25,000 bases of DNA from Takakia lepidozioides. Its lineage: Eukaryota; Plantae; Bryophyta. Positions 21,001 to 25,000 of this stretch are shown here, in pieces. The notes beneath the pieces were generated by a model. The model saw only the letters and a list, made by a program, of their open reading frames with translations, did not search any database and was not told the DNA's origin. Each line of letters starts with the position of its first letter. The stretch's first letter is position 1. The stretch covers positions 1-25,000 of the forward strand of contig JAKLZA010000063.1 of assembly GCA_030704615.1 (NCBI GenBank), given 5' to 3'. The translations under genes were made by a program, and so were the position numbers.

Positions 21001-23659
21001 TTTTCCCGCTAGCCACCGAATTCCAATCTTAGCAACCAGTGTGTAGCATTTGAGACTTCCAACAATTGAATGAAAGCAAAAGCTGATGTGATAAGAGAGA
21101 ACTTTGGTGCACATCACGGGCCAAGATTGGTGTTTGCATCTGAAGTCCAAGAACTATGATGGGCATGGAACCTTACTGAGGAAAGACCAAATGAAGCAGA
21201 CAATGTTTTGAGCCAGGTTCAGAAAGGCGAGATGCTCAAATCTCTCTTGTTTCTGCCCATATCGTTTTGTTGATCTGTTTCACAAACAGGCAAATACATT
21301 AGGGGTTTCTGGAGGAAGGTGTGCTCTATTGCCAGGTGCTTAAAAGGTAATCCACATTTCGATCGGCAAATAGCAGTACTTAGCAGTACTTGGAAGCATT
21401 CAGCTGAAGCTTACACCATTTTGTGCCTTCAATCAAACACCCTGGAACCAAAGTTCAGACAATGATTCATATCCACTTTGACATTATTAATGACTTCAAT
21501 GCTTTGCCACGACATGCGCCATCGCATTGCCACAAGAACAGAGGCACTCCTGGTTTGAGGATAATCTCACTAATGAACTGCCACAGCCAATGGCATTTCA
21601 TCTTTACCCTGGCTGGTTTCACACACAAATCTGACACCGAATGGTGAAGGTTTTGAAGACTTCGAATACTTTTTCGGTATTACCTTTCTCTTGCAGTTGA
21701 GAAACTCCAATGAAGAAAGCAACTAGAAAGTTTTGCAATTAAATACTTTTCCGATGTCTCCTTTGTTGGGAGGGTCACATGTGTTGCTCTTCTTTCTGTA
21801 AGGCAAGTGAAAAAGATTAATGTATTTGCAATCTTAAATAAGAATTTGGACAGGGCTTCTGGCAAGCTTCTCCAGTTTTTCTGTAGCCTGGATAAGTCCT
21901 AAAGATTCTCTGGATATGTCACAGATGGAAAGACAAAAATGTTCCCTAAGGATAAATGATCGATACTGGTTTGAAGGATCCCCAACACAGCAGAGCCTTA
22001 ATTTTATTTCTGTGAACTCAAATCTTACAAGATGAGAAGGCTTGAACTGGCATCACTCTGAGCCATGGCACTAGGAGGGCACTAAACTTGTCAGTATATC
22101 TACAATTGGGAACTCTTGTTCATGAATAGTGGGCCAGATATGCAGGTGGTTGTTGCTTGATTACTGACTTGGTCCAGGTTTCATTCCTCCATCCACAGGG
22201 CCTTGGCCACTGCAAATTTAGTGAAGTGTCATAGCTTTGCAGTGTTCATGAGAGTGTCTACTGGGACACTATTTTGTCTCGACAAACAGCGACCCTATAT
22301 TTGTTAGAAAAATTATCTCTCAAGCGAAGACTACTTAACACAGGGCTAACTAGCATTGGAAAAGGAAAGAATTAAGGAGGTTGTGCTGGCATGGAGTGGC
22401 CAATACAATCTTATGTCTGACAAAAACCACGGATGTGAACCGGTCCTCACTGGGGAAATAAGGGCTTGCTAGGCCATTCTCTAGTTTGTATTAAGATTTG
22501 GAACATCTCAAGAGCTCAACAATTGTGTACTAGCAATTGCTTTATCATATTCTGGCTGCATTGATGTATGAAAGATCTGTATAGATGCCGGCCGACGAGG
22601 CGTTGAGTAACATTCCAGAAATCATGTGAAGTTTATTTACTATCCACCGCTGGAGCATTGAACATGAAATGGGAGCTCTTTCACTCAAGCTATGTATCAG
22701 ACCTATAGAACTACATCTGGCACCACACTGGCCAGCTAAGCTCACTGTAGCATCTACATATGTATTTTGGGACCTTGTGCTTTGTCTTCGTCAGTATTAA
22801 GCCACAACTTTGGCCTCAATTGAGGCAACCTTGGCTGATGGATGAACCACACTAGCAAACTGTTCACGTACTCTGTGTCCAAAACTGACGAATAACCATT
22901 GTGTTGATTTACTTGTGTCACTTGACTTCAGTCTCAAATGTACGTTTAATTTCCTTACAAACTAGTGATAGTTGAGGTTATTCAATTAGCTCAGTGTAGA
23001 GCAACACTAATTGCAACTTTGCCTCTATCGGAAGTTGTATGACTTAACTGGTCAAGCCCAGGCTGCTCAAGGACTCAATCTTTGTCTGGAATGTAACACT
23101 ATTTGAATTTGTTCACGTAATTCAACTCTCTACCAGATGTATAATTGTTGGAGGTGATCCAATAAATCAGGCTATATGACGTACATGGAGTTGATCATTG
23201 GAATTCAATCGACACCGAATGGTTAGTAATTGAGTCGATTGCAAGGAAGTCAGTCTGCCATATGATGACTGAGTACACTGCACAGAGAGATGCATGTGTG
23301 TGCGAATGGGATGCTAGCCTTTCTCGTGGGACTGCATTGAAAAACTAGATCATCTTCAACAAATGGAGTCGCTTCTCTCCAAATGTCTTCCATTGCTGAC
23401 CTCCTAAGAAATGGAGGTCAACTATAGCCGAATGCCTGGGTTCGTACCATACATAGTTGTGCGCAAACAGATAATGCACAATTGGTGACTGCATGTGGAA
23501 CGCTGTAACTAATTCACATGCGACATGTGTAGACACATGGATAGTAATAGATAGAAACAGAAAGGAGAGGAAAAATGGAGAGTACACTTACACATTTTCT
23601 TGAAGCAAGCCCTGTGTGACGTACGCAAGATAGATGGCCGACACGCAAATACAGAACAT
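18093..23659 (-). CDS. UTR3: UDP-galactose/UDP-glucose transporter, UTR1/UTR3 (SLC35B1) family
   Basis: Exons 23659 (first usable in-frame ATG; frame open to 23785)-23592, 21274-21177, 20567-20437, 19954-19924, 19470-19367, 19273-19155, 18546-18093, GT-AG, phases consistent. Motifs FEHLAFLNLAQN, ALKYISYPAQVLAKSSKMIPVMLMG, DGFTNATQDS, GQNFIFLTISRFG, TTITTTRKF. C-terminal KKRR fits KKXX ER retrieval. Confidence 0.93.
20641..20743. repeat. Imperfect ~51-bp tandem repeat in a transporter intron
   Basis: attctactgtttctctttgtttgtttct occurs at 20641 and 20692. Confidence 0.8.
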
Positions 23660-24022
23660 CGCCACCCTTTTTCCGGCTCCGCCTGCGCCTTGGCCGTCAT
23701 TATGCGGGCTGGGGCTCTCAATGTGATCGTCTATTCTGCCCTTCCCCTTCCCCCCACGTTTCCTTCTGGAATCCACTTTGCTTCTTCACATATATTATAT
23801 ATATATTTTACTATGTCCCCCTCCCTTTACTTTCTGACTACATTAATGTCACTCCCTGCAAAGGTCATTGATTTCCTTCTCCTAAAAAGATTCCTCTTAG
23901 GTCTTCTTTTCTCCCTAGAATCAACTCAAGATTCCGTTCAATACTTTCATCGTTCTCCTCAGGATTCCTCGTTAGCTGGAGCTCTCTATGCTCATTCTTG
24001 TCTGCGGAAATCCTCATGCAAT

Positions 24023-24430
24023 CTAACAGAACCACGAACGACCAGTATCAGCCGAGGTCTCAGACTTATCATCTTCTTTCTTGGATCTTTTTTCCTTCTT
24101 GCTAGTCCGTCGCCGTCTTTTATTCTCTCGCTTCTGATCAGCTTTGTCTTTCTGCTTCTGCTTCCTCCTAAACGCCAGTTCCCTAGACTTCTCCTTAGCA
24201 GCTCTCCTCTTCTCCTTCACCTTCTCCCTCCTCTCCTCAGCTTGCGCTCTCTTCCTCTCCCTCGTCTCGTTTTGCTTCCACCTCTTCTCCAACCCCCTCT
24301 CCCGCTGCCTCTCTTTCAGCGCCTGCGATTGCTCTGGACTTCTGCAAACTCTCTTCTTCCCCCTCCCACTCCTCCTGCCACGCGATCCTGATCTTGATCG
24401 CCCTCGTTTTCTCCCTTGAGCGCGTGCCAT
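24023..24430 (-). CDS. Candidate highly basic ORF (135 aa, about 41% Arg+Lys); orphan gene, uORF or compositional artefact
   Basis: ATG at 24430 in ggcATGG context; MARAQGRKRGRSRSGSRGRRSGRGKKR... Lies in purine-rich sequence upstream of the transporter gene. Confidence 0.25.
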   Translation of the reverse strand: MARAQGRKRGRSRSGSRGRRSGRGKKRVCRSPEQSQALKERQRERGLEKRWKQNETRERKRAQAEERREKVKEKRRAAKEKSRELAFRRKQKQKDKADQKRENKRRRRTSKKEKRSKKEDDKSETSADTGRSWFC

Positions 24431-25000
24431 GCCCACACGCAGCGCCAGCAAGTGCCGACCGCGCCATCCCTCCTCCTCACCCCCCACCGCGCCCCTACCT
24501 CGCACCCCTTCGCCCCGCCCGTTTGTTAACCCCACCCCCAACCAATCACTCACCCCGGTTAGATGACCATATTATATATTACTCTTGATTCCGATGATTT
24601 ATTTATTTATATATATATATTTTGAAGGTATGCGACCATTCCCAGGAAGACCTCTTCAATTTTTGGCCAATGCAAATTCACAGAAATATTTTGGTTTTTA
24701 TTTCACGGAAATCTGAAAAATTGAAAAATGTCAAACGACGCACCCCCGCCGTAATAGGGGGCCGTGTTCATCCGTTTACACTTCCATCCTGCTCACTCTG
24801 TCGCAAACTTTCATCTACTCATCCATAAAACACTGAACATCAAGGGCCTACATTTGATCGCGCGTAATCGGACAGCCAATATTCAAAACTCGGGATGGAT
24901 AAAGCATCTGCTACCAGGTAATACGTGCATTATCAGTGGTTGTCGATAGGGAGGGATCGGACGACAATTATATTCTATTCTTCTACGTATCCTACGATCC

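Noticed and set aside
22967-23100. tRNA-like TAGCTCAGTGTAGAGCA, imperfect hairpins and a downstream ACA in transporter intron 1
   Set aside because: No B box/T-arm or cloverleaf for a tRNA, and no ANANNA H box for an H/ACA snoRNA.
14202-23659. MIK plus nucleotide-sugar transporter as a metabolic gene cluster
   Set aside because: Adjacent and co-oriented, but no direct shared pathway step and no synteny or co-expression evidence available.
23600-24391. 263-aa + strand Leu/Pro/Ser-rich ORF
   Set aside because: Antisense shadow of purine-rich minus-strand sequence and transporter exon 1; starts at TTG; no recognisable domain.
1-25000. Prokaryotic systems (CRISPR arrays, operons, defence islands)
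   Set aside because: Spliceosomal introns throughout; no regularly spaced repeat-spacer array seen.

Overview
Eukaryotic, intron-containing land-plant nuclear DNA; the lineage cannot be fixed from sequence alone. Four apparently functional spliced genes: the 3' end of a kinesin-4 (KIN4C-type, CXC domain; +), 60S ribosomal protein L12/uL11 (+), myo-inositol kinase of the pfkB family (-), and an ER UDP-Gal/UDP-Glc transporter of the UTR1/UTR3 (SLC35B1) family (-). Between them lie a frameshifted, intron-retaining MCM8 pseudogene whose Walker B exon is inverted and tandemly duplicated, two copies of a tRNA-derived SINE (one with an 11-bp TSD in the RPL12 promoter), a TA-flanked TIR element with a nested insert sharing the SINE's 3' tail, and several orphan or decayed ORFs. 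The most notable signals are (i) a three-arm, mutually exclusive hairpin system in RPL12 intron 2 overlapping a consensus GTAAGT donor and (ii) an unresolved start of the transporter gene, where an in-frame ATG is immediately followed by TGA. All family assignments come from recalled motifs and manual reading, not database searches.
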